A stretch of 64,000 bases of DNA from an uncultured Gammaproteobacteria bacterium (GTDB lineage Bacteria > Pseudomonadota > Gammaproteobacteria > JASBUN01). Positions 35,324 to 46,989 of the stretch are shown piece by piece. The notes under the pieces were generated by a model that had not been told where the DNA came from, ran no database searches, and saw only the letters and a list, made by a program, of their open reading frames with translations. The stretch is taken from NCBI GenBank assembly GCA_963762165.1, contig CAVXJN010000001.1, forward strand, positions 194,242-258,241, read 5' to 3'. The number at the start of each line of letters is the position of its first letter. Position 1 is the stretch's first letter. The translations under genes and the position numbers were made by a program.

Positions 35324-36148
35324 TCAGGAGCATTCCACATCGACGCGCGTCAATGAAAACGTGCGTGGAGCGAAGCCTAGATCGGCGGCGGCCTCACTAT
35401 GGTCAAATATCATGTCCGTGTTCATCCGTTCCGCCATAGCGAGGCTCAGGCCGCGAAAACGAGGGAGAACGCGGGCCAGACTCACCGTAGATCTGAACAC
35501 CGAGCGGGGAACTCGCAAGACGCGTGGCTTCTTATGCAATGCCGAAAACACACGAGTAACCATCTCGCGATACGAAAGTACCTCTCCACCAGAGATGTCG
35601 TAGGCTCGATTCGAAATAGTGCTTGCTTCGAGCCCGAGCTGGCAAACCTTTGCGACGTCCGCTACGTGAATCGGTTGCCTCAGGCCACCGGCCTCTCCAA
35701 GAATGGGAAAAAACCCGAACTTCCGAATAAACCGTACAATCTCACAAATATTACGGTCTCGCCCCATACCATAGATCAGCGTTGGCCTGAGTACGAGCCA
35801 ATCGACTTCGTTGCGCACAGCCCAGGACGAAAGCCGACCTTCCGACTCCGCTAACCGCAATGCGATACTGCGCTCGGAAGCGTCGGGAGAATCTGTCTTT
35901 GTCCAGCGACTCGTAGAACTGAGTGCCACGATCCTACGTGCGCCGTGAGCCAAAAAACGGGAGAAGTACTCCGGCACGACCCAGATAGGCGCAACCGATA
36001 CCCAGAACGGAATGGCATTGTTGCCCGCCGGGAACTTCGTAGCCCGCGAGATTGGCACTACCGACCAACCCGAGTGGGTCAACATATTGCTCACCATCGT
36101 ACCGGTCGGACTCGATGCCCCCAACAAGGCAACCCGGCGGTCAGCCAC
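35324..36148 (-). CDS. NAD-dependent epimerase/reductase (SDR-like)
   Basis: ALLGAS..G, LRPTLIYG, RQPIHVADVA, YDISGGE. Confidence 0.8.
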   Translation of the reverse strand: MADRRVALLGASSPTGTMVSNMLTHSGWSVVPISRATKFPAGNNAIPFWVSVAPIWVVPEYFSRFLAHGARRIVALSSTSRWTKTDSPDASERSIALRLAESEGRLSSWAVRNEVDWLVLRPTLIYGMGRDRNICEIVRFIRKFGFFPILGEAGGLRQPIHVADVAKVCQLGLEASTISNRAYDISGGEVLSYREMVTRVFSALHKKPRVLRVPRSVFRSTVSLARVLPRFRGLSLAMAERMNTDMIFDHSEAAADLGFAPRTFSLTRVDVECS

Positions 36149-37040
36149 GTCGCCAGCCGAACCACGCGCCCATCGACCGCGCACCATGCACTAATAGGAC
36201 TCCGCCAAATCGCGACCAGACGCCGACTTGAACCATCCACAACAAGATGACTGGATACTGGTGTCGGAAGAAGCGTCGATAGAATCGCACCATCCCTTTG
36301 TGCTTATGCCATTCGACGAAAATCGGTCGAGTTTTGCTGCACACGCCTTTTGCATGCACAATCCGCGCGGACGGCACAAACAGGACCTTCCATCCGGCTT
36401 CCCGGAAACGCATGCACCAGTCGAGATCCTCGCAGTGCATGAAATACCCTTCATCGAGCCCGCCCACCTCTTCGAGCGCCCGGCGCCGAATGAGCATACA
36501 GGCGCCTGAAATCGCATCCACCTCTATGGGCTGCTGCGGCAATGGTTGCTCATTCAGATCATAGTGCGCGCTTGAGGCGGCTCCGCGCTTCATTAGCCTC
36601 TGTACTCCGAACATGCGAATCAGCGCTCTCCGTGGCGTGGGGACAGCTCTTCTGCCCCCGGCCTGTTCCGTGCCGTCCTGGTTTAGCAACAGGCCGCCAA
36701 CCATTCCTGCGTCCGGCCGCGCCACCAAGATTTCCATCAGGTTCTCAAGTGCTCCGGACTGCACTACGCAGTCGGGGTTCAGATACAGCACCAATTCGCC
36801 ATTTGCGCTCCGAGTGCCAATATTGCAGGCGGTTGCAAACCCGACGTTACGCTCATTTCGAATAATAGTGACGGTATGCGCACCCCAATCCGTCTCTTGC
36901 ACGCGCGCAATACTGTGATCGGAGGACGCGTTGTCGACTACGATTACTTCGGCACCTTTACTTGTAGCGTAAATTGATTCGACGCAATCGACGAGCGCCG
37001 ATCCGGCATTGTAATTCACGATGACGACGCTTAGGTTCAA
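36141..37040 (-). CDS. GT2 glycosyltransferase (WbbL-like)
   Basis: VVIVNYN, VDNASSD, LNPD, SGACM, DEGYFMHCEDLDWC. Confidence 0.88.
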   Translation of the reverse strand: MNLSVVIVNYNAGSALVDCVESIYATSKGAEVIVVDNASSDHSIARVQETDWGAHTVTIIRNERNVGFATACNIGTRSANGELVLYLNPDCVVQSGALENLMEILVARPDAGMVGGLLLNQDGTEQAGGRRAVPTPRRALIRMFGVQRLMKRGAASSAHYDLNEQPLPQQPIEVDAISGACMLIRRRALEEVGGLDEGYFMHCEDLDWCMRFREAGWKVLFVPSARIVHAKGVCSKTRPIFVEWHKHKGMVRFYRRFFRHQYPVILLWMVQVGVWSRFGGVLLVHGARSMGAWFGWRRG

Positions 37041-38146
37041 TCTCCCCCGCCCACGCCCGTCGTGATTAGGTTTCGAAATCGAACGCCCCAGTCGTTCTCG
37101 TCGCGGAATGCAATCAGCTCACGCTCAGTCATGCGGAACGCCTTGCACTCCTCGTATAGAAGGTTCCAGTTGTCTCCGGCCGCAACATGTACGACCCCAT
37201 CCCCGGGGCCCCGCTTATGCATCTCACCGAAATCTGTGCTCCATATAGGCAGTCCCATTCCGCGGTACTCGTAATACTTGATCGGGTCCACGCTAGCCGT
37301 CAGCTCTGATCGCACAAATGGGATCAAGCCGACTGTAAACGTGGCCACGTGCTGTACCGCTTCCTGTTGGGTGCATTGCGGAACCATCTGAATATTGCCA
37401 GGAAGCCGCGCTGGACGCGGCACGAATTCCGGCCCTACCAACCGGACCGTCACATCCGGCAACGACGCAGCGATTTCTGCGACCAACGGCCAATCGAACC
37501 ACCTGCCGATCGTACCTACGTATCCGATGACATCGTTATCCCGCAGCGCGCAATTGGGCGGTAACGAGATCATGTCGTAGCCATTCAGGACGACCTCTGA
37601 CTTGTCCTTGCTTTTGCCCAGCATGTCCCATAGCGGGTGGCATGAGCAAATGACACGATCCACCCGGTTGATCACTCGCGACATGGTACGTGCCATAGAA
37701 ACGCGGGAAAGACCCGAATAGAACGCTGGAAAGTCGTCCATCAGGTCCAAAAAGCTGTGTCCGTAATTCAGATTGTCCAACGCCCACATCGAAAGCGCGC
37801 TGGGCTTGCCAATCCCCAACACGCAGCGGGCAGTTGAACAAAATCCGCGCAACTTGTCGTAGACGTCGCGCCAGGAAAAATAACCGTTGAGAAGGCTTCC
37901 GCCAGGAAGGGGCTCAAAGGGAAAGGCCTTCACAGGTACAACGTCAATTGCACTCTGCAATGGTTGTGAAGTATTCACGTTGCGTTGTGTTCGGGTGGTG
38001 AAATCGATGAGCCGAGGCAAACGCGTCGGATAGGGCTCCACCCATAGAACCGACTCGATCCCTCGCTCCAGGAAGCTTCTCACCATGTAGTGCGGCCTCT
38101 GGGCATAGCTGCCGTAATACACGGGAGAGAAATAAAGTAACTTCAC
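37037..38146 (-). CDS. Glycosyltransferase (GT-B type)
   Basis: QRPH, GYVGTI..WFD, DPIKYYEY. Confidence 0.78.
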   Translation of the reverse strand: MKLLYFSPVYYGSYAQRPHYMVRSFLERGIESVLWVEPYPTRLPRLIDFTTRTQRNVNTSQPLQSAIDVVPVKAFPFEPLPGGSLLNGYFSWRDVYDKLRGFCSTARCVLGIGKPSALSMWALDNLNYGHSFLDLMDDFPAFYSGLSRVSMARTMSRVINRVDRVICSCHPLWDMLGKSKDKSEVVLNGYDMISLPPNCALRDNDVIGYVGTIGRWFDWPLVAEIAASLPDVTVRLVGPEFVPRPARLPGNIQMVPQCTQQEAVQHVATFTVGLIPFVRSELTASVDPIKYYEYRGMGLPIWSTDFGEMHKRGPGDGVVHVAAGDNWNLLYEECKAFRMTERELIAFRDENDWGVRFRNLITTGVGGGD

Positions 38147-39300
38147 GACCCGGACGCGGGTAGTGGGAACTGTCCTGAGGCCGGATTTGCTTCGCCGACA
38201 AGCTCTGCCCGCAGAATTTCTGCTATGCGTCGAGCCGCGTACCCATCGCCATAGGGTGATACACCCTTCGCCATCGCCTGATAGGCATCGGCATCATCAA
38301 GCAATCTGCTGACTTCGTGCACTATTCGATCATACTCAGGGCCAACCAGTTTCACGACCCCCTCTTCGACCGCTTCCGGCCTTTCAGTTTCGCGGCGCAG
38401 CACCAGGACGGGCTTTGCCAACGCCGGCGCTTCTTCTTGCACTCCACCGGAGTCGCTCAAGATGAAATGCGCTTGCTTCATGGCCCAGACAAACGGTGCG
38501 TATTCCAAAGGCTCTGTCAGGACAATTCTCGGGTGACCACTCAACAATTCCTGCGCAACCGACGATACATTCGGATTCGGGTGAACCGGATAGAGGAACT
38601 GCACGTCGCTGTAACGATCTGCAAGCATGCGGATCGCGCGACAGACCTGGCGGAACGGTTCACCAAAATTCTCCCGCCGATGAGCAGTCACCAAAACCAG
38701 CCTCTTCGATGGATCAATTCCCAAGTCGAAGTCCATCTCCCGGTTCGCGACATCCAGCAACGCGTCAATTACAGTATTTCCCGTTATAAAGATGCGTTCG
38801 GCCTCGATACCCTCTCGCAGCAAATTTGTCTTCGCGCTCGGCGTCGGCGCAAAATGCCAACATGACAAATGCCCAGTCACTACACGGTTCATTTCTTCAG
38901 GAAATGGATTTCGCATATCCCCGGTACGAAGACCCGCTTCGACATGCCCCACCGGAATATCGTGGTAAAAACACGCCTGTGCCGCAGCCATCACAGTAGT
39001 CGTGTCACCTTGAACCAATACCGCCCTCGGCTTTTCCAACTTGAGCACCTGCTCGAGTTCTAGCAGTAGCCGCGCATGAAGCTCTGCCAATGCTTGACTT
39101 GGACGCATGATATTCAGGTCCCGGTCCGGCTTGATATCGAACAGCTGCAGAACCTGGTCCAATAGGTGCCGATGCTGCGCCGTGGCCAATACTCGGCAGT
39201 CGCACCACGTTTCGCTACGAAGCTTCTGTATCACGGGCGCCATCTTTATGGCTTCCGGCCGCGTACCGACTATAGTCAAGATCTTGATGGGCATGTCCAA
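38143..39300 (-). CDS. wecB: UDP-N-acetylglucosamine 2-epimerase
   Basis: GTRPEAIKMAP, HVEAGLRT, HRREN, DSGGVQEE. Confidence 0.96.
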   Translation of the reverse strand: MDMPIKILTIVGTRPEAIKMAPVIQKLRSETWCDCRVLATAQHRHLLDQVLQLFDIKPDRDLNIMRPSQALAELHARLLLELEQVLKLEKPRAVLVQGDTTTVMAAAQACFYHDIPVGHVEAGLRTGDMRNPFPEEMNRVVTGHLSCWHFAPTPSAKTNLLREGIEAERIFITGNTVIDALLDVANREMDFDLGIDPSKRLVLVTAHRRENFGEPFRQVCRAIRMLADRYSDVQFLYPVHPNPNVSSVAQELLSGHPRIVLTEPLEYAPFVWAMKQAHFILSDSGGVQEEAPALAKPVLVLRRETERPEAVEEGVVKLVGPEYDRIVHEVSRLLDDADAYQAMAKGVSPYGDGYAARRIAEILRAELVGEANPASGQFPLPASGS

Positions 39301-39359
39301 CGTTCTATATCGTAGCGATAGGCAAACGAGAGCTTACAGGAGCTTCCAACGGAAATACT

Positions 39360-40186
39360 TTATCGAACTGCGACGATCGGCAGTGACCACGCAAGCGGCC
39401 AGTAGATTCCATGCTCCCAGACCGGTTGCGAAAGCACTTCGATGCGAGAGAACCCCGCATCCTCGAGTTCCCGCAGCACCGACGCTTCCGAAAATATGCG
39501 CATCTCGAGCGTCTGGCCTGGTCCGCCATGGAACACGAGATCCTCGAATACTTCGACATCGCCACGGCGTGTCGTATTTACGAGCTGATAGCATCCATTG
39601 CGCTCGGCGATTTTGAAATCGTCCAACACCGGAAAGTGCTCTTTCGTCTCCGAGCCTTCTTTGGTGTACGGGACCGTGAATACGAAGACCCCTCCTGGTT
39701 TCAACAAACGTCTGGTGTTCACGAACGCGCGAGATACCGGCCGTGTGACATGCTCGAACACATCCGAAGAGATCACAAAGTCCATCGTTTCTTCCAGGGA
39801 TGACTCGATATCGGTGATATCCAACCGCGGTTCCTGGTGATAGAACGTGTTGGTGTAGTCGAGACGGTCCTGCAGTCTGTCCGCGTATTCCGCCCAATCG
39901 CTCATGCCAATGCCACGGATCCCTTTATCCACTGGAAAGTCATCCAGAAGCCGGCTTTCACCATAAATGCTCCGCGACAATGCATACACAATTGCGCGCA
40001 TCCGAACCGTCGACCCGCAGCTACCGCATGAGGCCGTTTCTCTCTCCAGACTGCTTACGGCCACCGCGTTATGAGCAGAACAGATGTTACACACGAATGA
40101 AAGTGTGCCCGGGCTTGAGTCGCGTGCCCCATGCCTGCGCTCCAGAGACGCCGCAACATCCGTTTCGCCGAACGCAGTCCCACCAT
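39360..40186 (-). CDS. Class I methyltransferase-like protein with N-terminal CxxC..CxxC (start uncertain)
   Basis: CNIC..CGSCGS..RMR, DFVISSDVFEHV, LLKPGG.FVFTVP. Confidence 0.75.
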
Positions 40187-40200
40187 CGTCCCAATTCGTT

Positions 40201-43200
40201 TTAACGATATGTGTGCGGAATCCATGCGCCCCACTTTTCCTCGTATATTGCCTTGTTTTTTGCGAACAATGCCTCTCGATCTGCAAGCTTGATCTTGTCA
40301 AATGTCGCAGAGTGATGATGATGCACAAAGACGTCTTCGGCACACACAATTCGCCATCCCAGCTGCTCTGCCCGCCGACAGTAGTCGTCATCTTCGAACC
40401 AGCCGACACCGAAAGCTTCATCCAAAGGCCCCACTTTTTCATAAACCGCCCGCGGCAGCATGACGCAGAAAAACGCCGCCGTACGCAGGCTGAACAATTT
40501 TCCCAGGTTCCTCCGCGTATAACGGGCTGCCATCGTCATCATCTCTTCCATGGAGTCATACTTAATGTCGATACGCGCTTCGTTTCCAATATTGTTTGTG
40601 ACCGGACCAATGAGCCCGATTGTTGAATCTCGCCGCAGGTGGTTCATCAGCGTACGAAGCCATCCCGGCGTGACGTACGTATCGTTGTTCAACATGACTA
40701 AGTACTCGCCACTGGAAGCCGCGAGCCCCTGGTTGTTCGCTGCCGCGAAACCCTTATTCTCGTCATTAAGAATGATTCGACGCCGCTCGCCGTCCACCCA
40801 TTCTCGTAGCATCTCTGGGGTACCGTCGGAGGACGCATTATCGACCACGATGATTTCCAGATTCTCGTAGCCGCTGTTGACGCAGAGGCTTTCCAGACAC
40901 GCTTTGTTGAGTTCCAGATTGTTGTACGTGACCACTACCACGCTTATCGACGGATCTGCAGAGGGCACTTCGACGTGCGCTACCAGGTCCGACACCCGGT
41001 GCGACCACGTCTGTTCCGACGCGAACCGCATGCGCTCGATCCGTTGTGAGCTGTTTTGCTCCTCAGCGAGTGCGAGTTGGATTTGGTCGACAAACTCCTT
41101 CTCGCTCTCCGCAACACGCACAAGGCCATCGAACTGCTTCATCTCGGGCAGCGCGACGGACACGACCGCTTTCCCAGCGCTCAGGTACTCGTATACCTTT
41201 ACCGGATTGGTCGCCAGCGTCAGCGGGACTACCTTGAACGGGAGCATGCACACGTCGAAGCCGTGAAGATAATACGGCAGCTGTTGATATGGGATCTCAC
41301 CGGTGAAGATTACGTTCTTCAGTCGATTTAGGGCGCGCGCGGCATGTACCGTGTCCGAACCAATCAGCAGCACCTGACAATCCTTGAACCGCGTCGCGAC
41401 TGCTTCCACCAGATCCAGGTCGAACCATTCGGCGATCGCACCGTAATAGCCAATGACCTGCCGACCTTGCTCATCCTGATAGCAGCGCTCAGGGGGCTTC
41501 GAGAAATGTTCATAATCGCCAGCATTTCGGATCACTGCACGGTTTGCATTTAGGTCCGCCCACGACTCGTCGAGCAAACCTGAGGTAACGGTCAGCAAAT
41601 CGGCCCCCATCGCGAGCGTGCGCTCGAGATCCAGTAACTCCGCACCCGTATTATCGAAACCTTCGTGGTGATCCATACAATCGTAGACTACCTTGGCATT
41701 CGGCAACACGGACGCGAGATCGGACCAATACGGGTGCTGTACGAGTCCAACTAGGCTCTCGCTTCTCGTCCAAAGCAGCACCTCCCCCATGCTCGTTCGA
41801 AGCTGAGCGATTTCCTGGATCCCAGGAGCACCCGAGTCAGATGTTTGATTCCGATCCCATGTGCAAGCGAATCTGGAAAAGCCGACCGTCTTGGTCCAGC
41901 GGTTCGACGCTGAACCCCGGCTCTTGGTCGTACTCGAACAAGTTCGACACGTAAAAGACCCTACGGCCTGTCCGTGCGAGTTCGCGTGCAAGGTGCTGTG
42001 GTCGCTGGGTCCGAAAATGCCAGTCGATCACGCCGAACACGATGTAGTCCGGCAGATCTCCGGATTGCGAAGCAAGGCGCACGTCTGCCGGAACCAGGGT
42101 GACGCGTAGTCGTCGCCCTTCTGGCGCCGGAACCGCAAGGCACTCGTACTTAGATTCGGGTCTCCGAAAGCGCGTACGTAGCCTTTTCGCAGTTTCCCTT
42201 TGATTGCCGCCGGTAGCGGCAATCGGCGATACAGGTGCCGGGCGGTAGTAGTGATCCGTCCCTTGTCGGACTGCTGAACTCCGTAACGTATGACGCGCAT
42301 CACAAAACGTAGCGGTGCCGTGATGCGCCACGACAAGCTACGTTGAATCTGTGTGAGTCGTTCTCTGTAGTTATCACGGTCCTTAAGGGCGGCGTCGCGC
42401 TGCTCCAATGCGGCGTCCCGTTCGCGAACTGCATAGTCCCGCTCAAGGTAAGCAATATCCCGTTCTCGGATTGCAACACGTCGCGCCGAATTTGCAGCCT
42501 CTAACGTCAACTCCTCAGCCGAATCTCCGCCGTTTGCTTGCGCATCGGAAACATGATGTTCGGAAGCGTTGGCCGAATCGGTCAAACGCGCAACTATGGG
42601 CAGCAGCTGCCGATATGCCGTGCCAATGATGTCCTCGAATATTGCTTGCGCTTCTTCGGTTACCGCCGGTCGCTGATTGACGGAACTCATATCGAGTGGC
42701 TGTTTCGTTGCAATTAGTATCTGACGGTACGTAGGCGGATTGAAATCGTACGCGAATAGCTCGCTATTGAATCGCTCGCTGGCGTTGAGGACGAGTTCCT
42801 GTGCGGCCGGAACATCCCACGCGCAAACGACAAATCCAAGCAATTCGCGTAGCCAGGGAGTATAACCATGACCAATTACCTCACACGTCCAACCAAGACC
42901 GCGCATGTGGTTACTCGTCTCAGCGAGCGGCGGCAGTCCAAACCGGAAATGCTCATCCAGCCACGAATACTCGCGCCCGAAATTCTCGCGGTACTGCTGA
43001 GCGATGTAAGCGTCCGTTGCGACCGCATCGCCTTCATCGGAGCAAGGGAAAGCCAGCACAATACCTTTTTCCGCGAGACTAGAGACACGATCAAGGAAAG
43101 CGCGCCGGTACTCTCCCGGTACATGCTCCAGCGTGTCGACACTGACGAGATAATCATAAGTTGCACCATCGAGTGCCGAGGTGAAAATATCACCTCCGAT

Positions 43201-43426
43201 GTGATGATCATCCTCCTTTTTCAGGCTTATTCAGTAGCGGATCTACGTAGGTGATATCTGCACCGGGAAGGAACGCACCGAGCAGTCCCAGTTCCCCACT
43301 GCCAACGTCAAGTATGCGGGCATCGGCATCGTCACGAATCGCTGCAACGATCTCGGCGACAGCGCGATAACGGCTGTATTGATCGAATATGAGTCGCAGC
43401 TTTTCGTCGGTCATCAAAACGTCCAT
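40201..43426 (-). CDS. Multidomain methyltransferase / coiled-coil / GT-B / GT2 protein (several frameshifts)
   Basis: ILDVGSG (MTase), ERD heptads plus SWRITAPLR, DWHFRTQRPQH..NPVKVYEY (GT-B), VVVVTYN..LNND..FEDDDYC (GT2). Confidence 0.72.
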
Positions 43427-43472
43427 TCATGCTGCCGTGGCAGCGTACAACATCTGTATCTTTGCATCGCAC

Positions 43473-44507
43473 TCAACCAATCGCCGAAACTGCGTCGATC
43501 AGAGGGCGTAATAATCTCGATACCATTCCACGAAACTGCGCAATCCCCGTCTCAATCGAAGTATCCGGCTTGAACCCCACCGCATCGTGCAGTGCCGTGG
43601 TATCCGCGGAAGTCGCGGTGACATCCCCCGGCTGCATCGGCAGCAAATCCATGTTGGCTTTCTTGCCCAGGCATTCTTCCAGCACTTCGATGTAGCGCAT
43701 CAGTTGCACGGGGTTGTTGTTGCCGATGTTGAATACGCGGTACGGGGCGTAGCTGGTGGCGGGGTCGGGGTCATCGCCGGTCCAGTTGGGATCGGGTTTG
43801 GGGGCGTTGTCGATGACGCGGATGACGCCTTCGACGATGTCGTCGATGTAGGTGAAGTCGCGGATCATCTCGCCTTTGTTGAACACCGGGATGGGCGTGC
43901 CTTCGAGGATGCCCTTGGTGAATTTGAACAGGGCCATGTCGGGGCGGCCCCAGGGGCCGTAGACGGTGAAGAAGCGCAGGCCGGTGCAGGCAAGGCCGTA
44001 CAAATGCGCGTAGCTGTGGGCCATGAGCTCGTTGGCCTTCTTGGTCGCCGCGTACAGCGATACCGGATGATCGACGTTGTCGTGCTCGGAGAACGGCAGT
44101 TTGGTGTTGGCGCCGTAAACAGAGCTCGAGGATGCAAACACCAGATGTCCTACTTTGGAGTGACGGCAGCCTTCGAGGATATTGGCGAACCCGACCAGAT
44201 TGGCGTCGACGTAGGACGCCGGGTTCTCGATGGAGTAGCGCACGCCGGCCTGGGCTGCGAGATTCATCACGGCGTCGAAGCGGTGGCGTTCGAACAACCG
44301 CTCCATGCCGTTACGATCCGCGATATCCAGCCGCTCGAAGGAAAAGTTGTCGTGGTCTTTGAACCGCGCCAGTCGCGCCTCCTTCAGAGTCACATCGTAG
44401 TAATCATTCATGTTGTCGATGCCGTAGACGTGATCGCCCCGCTCCAACAGCCGCATGGCCAACGTCGAGCCGATGAATCCGGCGACACCTGTAATCATTA
44501 CTCTCAT
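43473..44507 (-). CDS. UDP-glucuronate 4-epimerase (WcaG/LpsL type)
   Basis: [35 protein letters not shown]; the last residues are probably frameshifted. Confidence 0.93.
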   Translation of the reverse strand: MRVMITGVAGFIGSTLAMRLLERGDHVYGIDNMNDYYDVTLKEARLARFKDHDNFSFERLDIADRNGMERLFERHRFDAVMNLAAQAGVRYSIENPASYVDANLVGFANILEGCRHSKVGHLVFASSSSVYGANTKLPFSEHDNVDHPVSLYAATKKANELMAHSYAHLYGLACTGLRFFTVYGPWGRPDMALFKFTKGILEGTPIPVFNKGEMIRDFTYIDDIVEGVIRVIDNAPKPDPNWTGDDPDPATSYAPYRVFNIGNNNPVQLMRYIEVLEECLGKKANMDLLPMQPGDVTATSADTTALHDAVGFKPDTSIETGIAQFRGMVSRLLRPLIDAVSAIG

Positions 44508-44554
44508 GGTTTTCCCTTAGTTCTTATGAAATTCGTTATGGCAGTCTAGAAAAT

Positions 44555-45135
44555 TCAGCTTGCGATCGAGGATTCGATCAGATCGCACAATATGTGTCCG
44601 ATCAGGATGTGCATTTCCTGGATGCGCGCGGTGTCGCTCGCGGGAATGGTAATTGTATACCGGCACATGGCCGCCAGGCGACCGCCGTCCCGACCCAGCA
44701 GGCCGATGCTAAGCGCGCCTTGTTCGTTGGCGGCCGCCACCGCCCGAATGACATTTTCGCTGTTACCCGACGTCGACAGTCCGAACAATACGTCGCCCGT
44801 CTCGCACCAGACCTTGCACTTGTCGGGCGAATACATCCTCGTATCCGTAGTCATTACTCACGGAGGTCAGCGTCGAGGTATTGGTGTTCAACGCCACCGA
44901 GGGCAGCGCGCTGCGGTCCCGGTTGAAGCGTCCCACCAGCTCTGCCGCCAGATGCTGGGCGTCGGCGGCGCTGCCGCCGTTGCCGCACCAGAACACCGTT
45001 CGGCCGTCGAGCACCCGTTGCCGTGACCGCCTGCGCGACTTCGGCGCAGACCTCGGCCAGTTGATCGCGTACGACGCTGCGCCAGACTGCAGATGCTCGT
45101 CCATGCGCGCACGCACGAGATTCAGCTCATGGTCA
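44555..45135 (-). CDS. gmhA: Sedoheptulose-7-phosphate isomerase (frameshifted)
   Basis: [39 protein letters not shown]. Confidence 0.9.
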
Positions 45136-46452
45136 TGGGCTTGCCTGTCCCCGCGTCGCGAAACGTTCGCAGCCAGTCGTAACCGGATGAGTGATCTTCA
45201 TATCGATTCCGTCTTCCTCGGCAATGGCCTGCAAGTGCATGGCACAGCCGACATTGCAGGTCGCGATGGTGTTGCAGTCATTGTCTCTCGCCTGCTGCAA
45301 CGACGTCGCTTGACCCAACCGGTCGCGCAAGTGCGGGATGGCGCATACTGTAGGTGCCGGCTGCGCCGCAGCATTGTGCGCGTATTCGGGGAGCTGACGA
45401 AGTTCACGTCCGACCTGCTCCAACAAACGTTTCGGCGCATCCTGCTCCCGTGTCGCGTTCTTCATGCTGCACGGGATGTGCAGGAACACTCCTTCGTCAT
45501 TGGTGATCGGCGACCTGAAATGCCTGCGCACTCGGACCGTTCGACGATGAACCGGTTCACGTCCACGAAAAGCACCTTCGACGTCTCGCCGACTTCGGGC
45601 GGTTCATCGGCTCGGCGAAACCCTGATATTGGCTCAACACCGCGCCGCAGCCGCTGGCGATATACACCACGGCATCCACGTCCAGTGCCGAAACGCTTCC
45701 AGAGTTGCGCGCACTGGCCGTCGCGTAGCGCTGCTGGCGTCCGGCATGCAGGTCCAGGGCACCGCAACAACCCTGCATCGGCGGTACTTCCACCCGATAG
45801 CCCAATTGCTGCAACACGGGCGATGGCGGCGGCGAGATTATCCCGGTCCGCCAGGTTCGCGACACAACCGGTAAACAGCGCGACACGGCCGCGCTGCTTG
45901 CCCGATCGCCGGATAGCTTGCGCGCCAACCGTAGCGCAGGTGCTCGACGTTACTGAATCGTTCTGTGCGTCTCAGTCCCAACAGCGCGGATCAGGCCGCT
46001 GTGTCGCGCCAACCAGCGCAGGCCGCTGGCCCGGTACGCGGCCAGGAACCAACCCAAGAACCGCAGACGCTGCCGGACTGCGGACAAACCATGCCAGCCG
46101 ATCCGCAATATCCGGCGCCGGCCGCAGTCGCCGTTCGCGCTTGCAGCAGTTCATGGGCGCCGTCGATCAACTCGCCATACCGCACCCCCGCCGGACAGAT
46201 GGCTTCGCAAGCCTGGCATTGCAAACAGCGATCCAGATGACCGATCAGTGCGGGCGTGGCTGTAAGCCGATCCTCCGCCAATCCCCGGATCAGCGAAATG
46301 CGGCCGCGGGCGCTTTCCGACTCCTCGCGGGTATCGATATAGGTCGGACAGACCGGAAGACACATGCCGCAGGCGACGCAAGTGTCGGCTTGGCGGATCA
46401 GACGGCGGCGCAATTGCGCCGTGCCATCTTCACGGTCGAATCCGGTGGCCAT
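45133..46452 (-). CDS. GlcF-like Fe-S protein (two 4Fe-4S motifs plus CCG domains; frameshifted)
   Basis: [46 protein letters not shown]. Confidence 0.82.
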
Positions 46453-46638
46453 AACGGTATGCAATGCGTTGACGTGCATGGTTAAAAGTGAGCGTGCTCG
46501 ATGAGGCCCGTATCGAGTGTCCGGATTGGCGACAGGTGTCCGGCTGGTCTACGGCGGGCTATACGCGCCGGAAGTCAATTGTAGATACGTCGGACTTGGC
46601 GCGCGCAGCCCCCCGCCCGAAGGAGTTGGAATATCTCC

Positions 46639-46962
46639 ATAGGGCGCGCTATGCGCGCCAAAAGAGCCAATCGTAGCTACGGTCGGCCTGGCCGCGGGCT
46701 TGGCGCGGGCGTAGGCCGCCCTGTTTTGGCGCCCTGTAGTAGGGTCACCGCGGATGAACTCGTCGGCAAATGCACACGCTGTAGCACCGGCACGGTTTCA
46801 TTGGGCACGCTACCGCCCTGCAGTGGCTCATTCGAGCACCGCATGGGTGATCCGGATCAACTTGTGCGCGACGCAAGCCGGCGTCGGCTGGCGCAGCCCG
46901 CCCTATCCATGCTGCCACTTCTTTCCGAGGTATTCGGCGCTGGCGGGCATGGCCCGCCCTAT
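46639..46962. repeat. Three 21-nt REP-like units in inverted arrangement
   Basis: ATAG-GGCGCGC-TAT-GCGCGCC (+, 46639-46659); ATAG-GGCGGGC-TGC-GCCAGCC (-, 46886-46906); ATAG-GGCGGGC-CAT-GCCCGCC (-, 46942-46962). Confidence 0.7.
46806..46817 (-). promoter_or_regulatory. ops element (RfaH loading site)
   Basis: GGCGGTAGCGTG on the coding strand, downstream of rfaH and upstream of the polysaccharide genes. Confidence 0.85.
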
Positions 46963-46989
46963 CGTCCATCCCCCGGACAGGAGCGGTAT

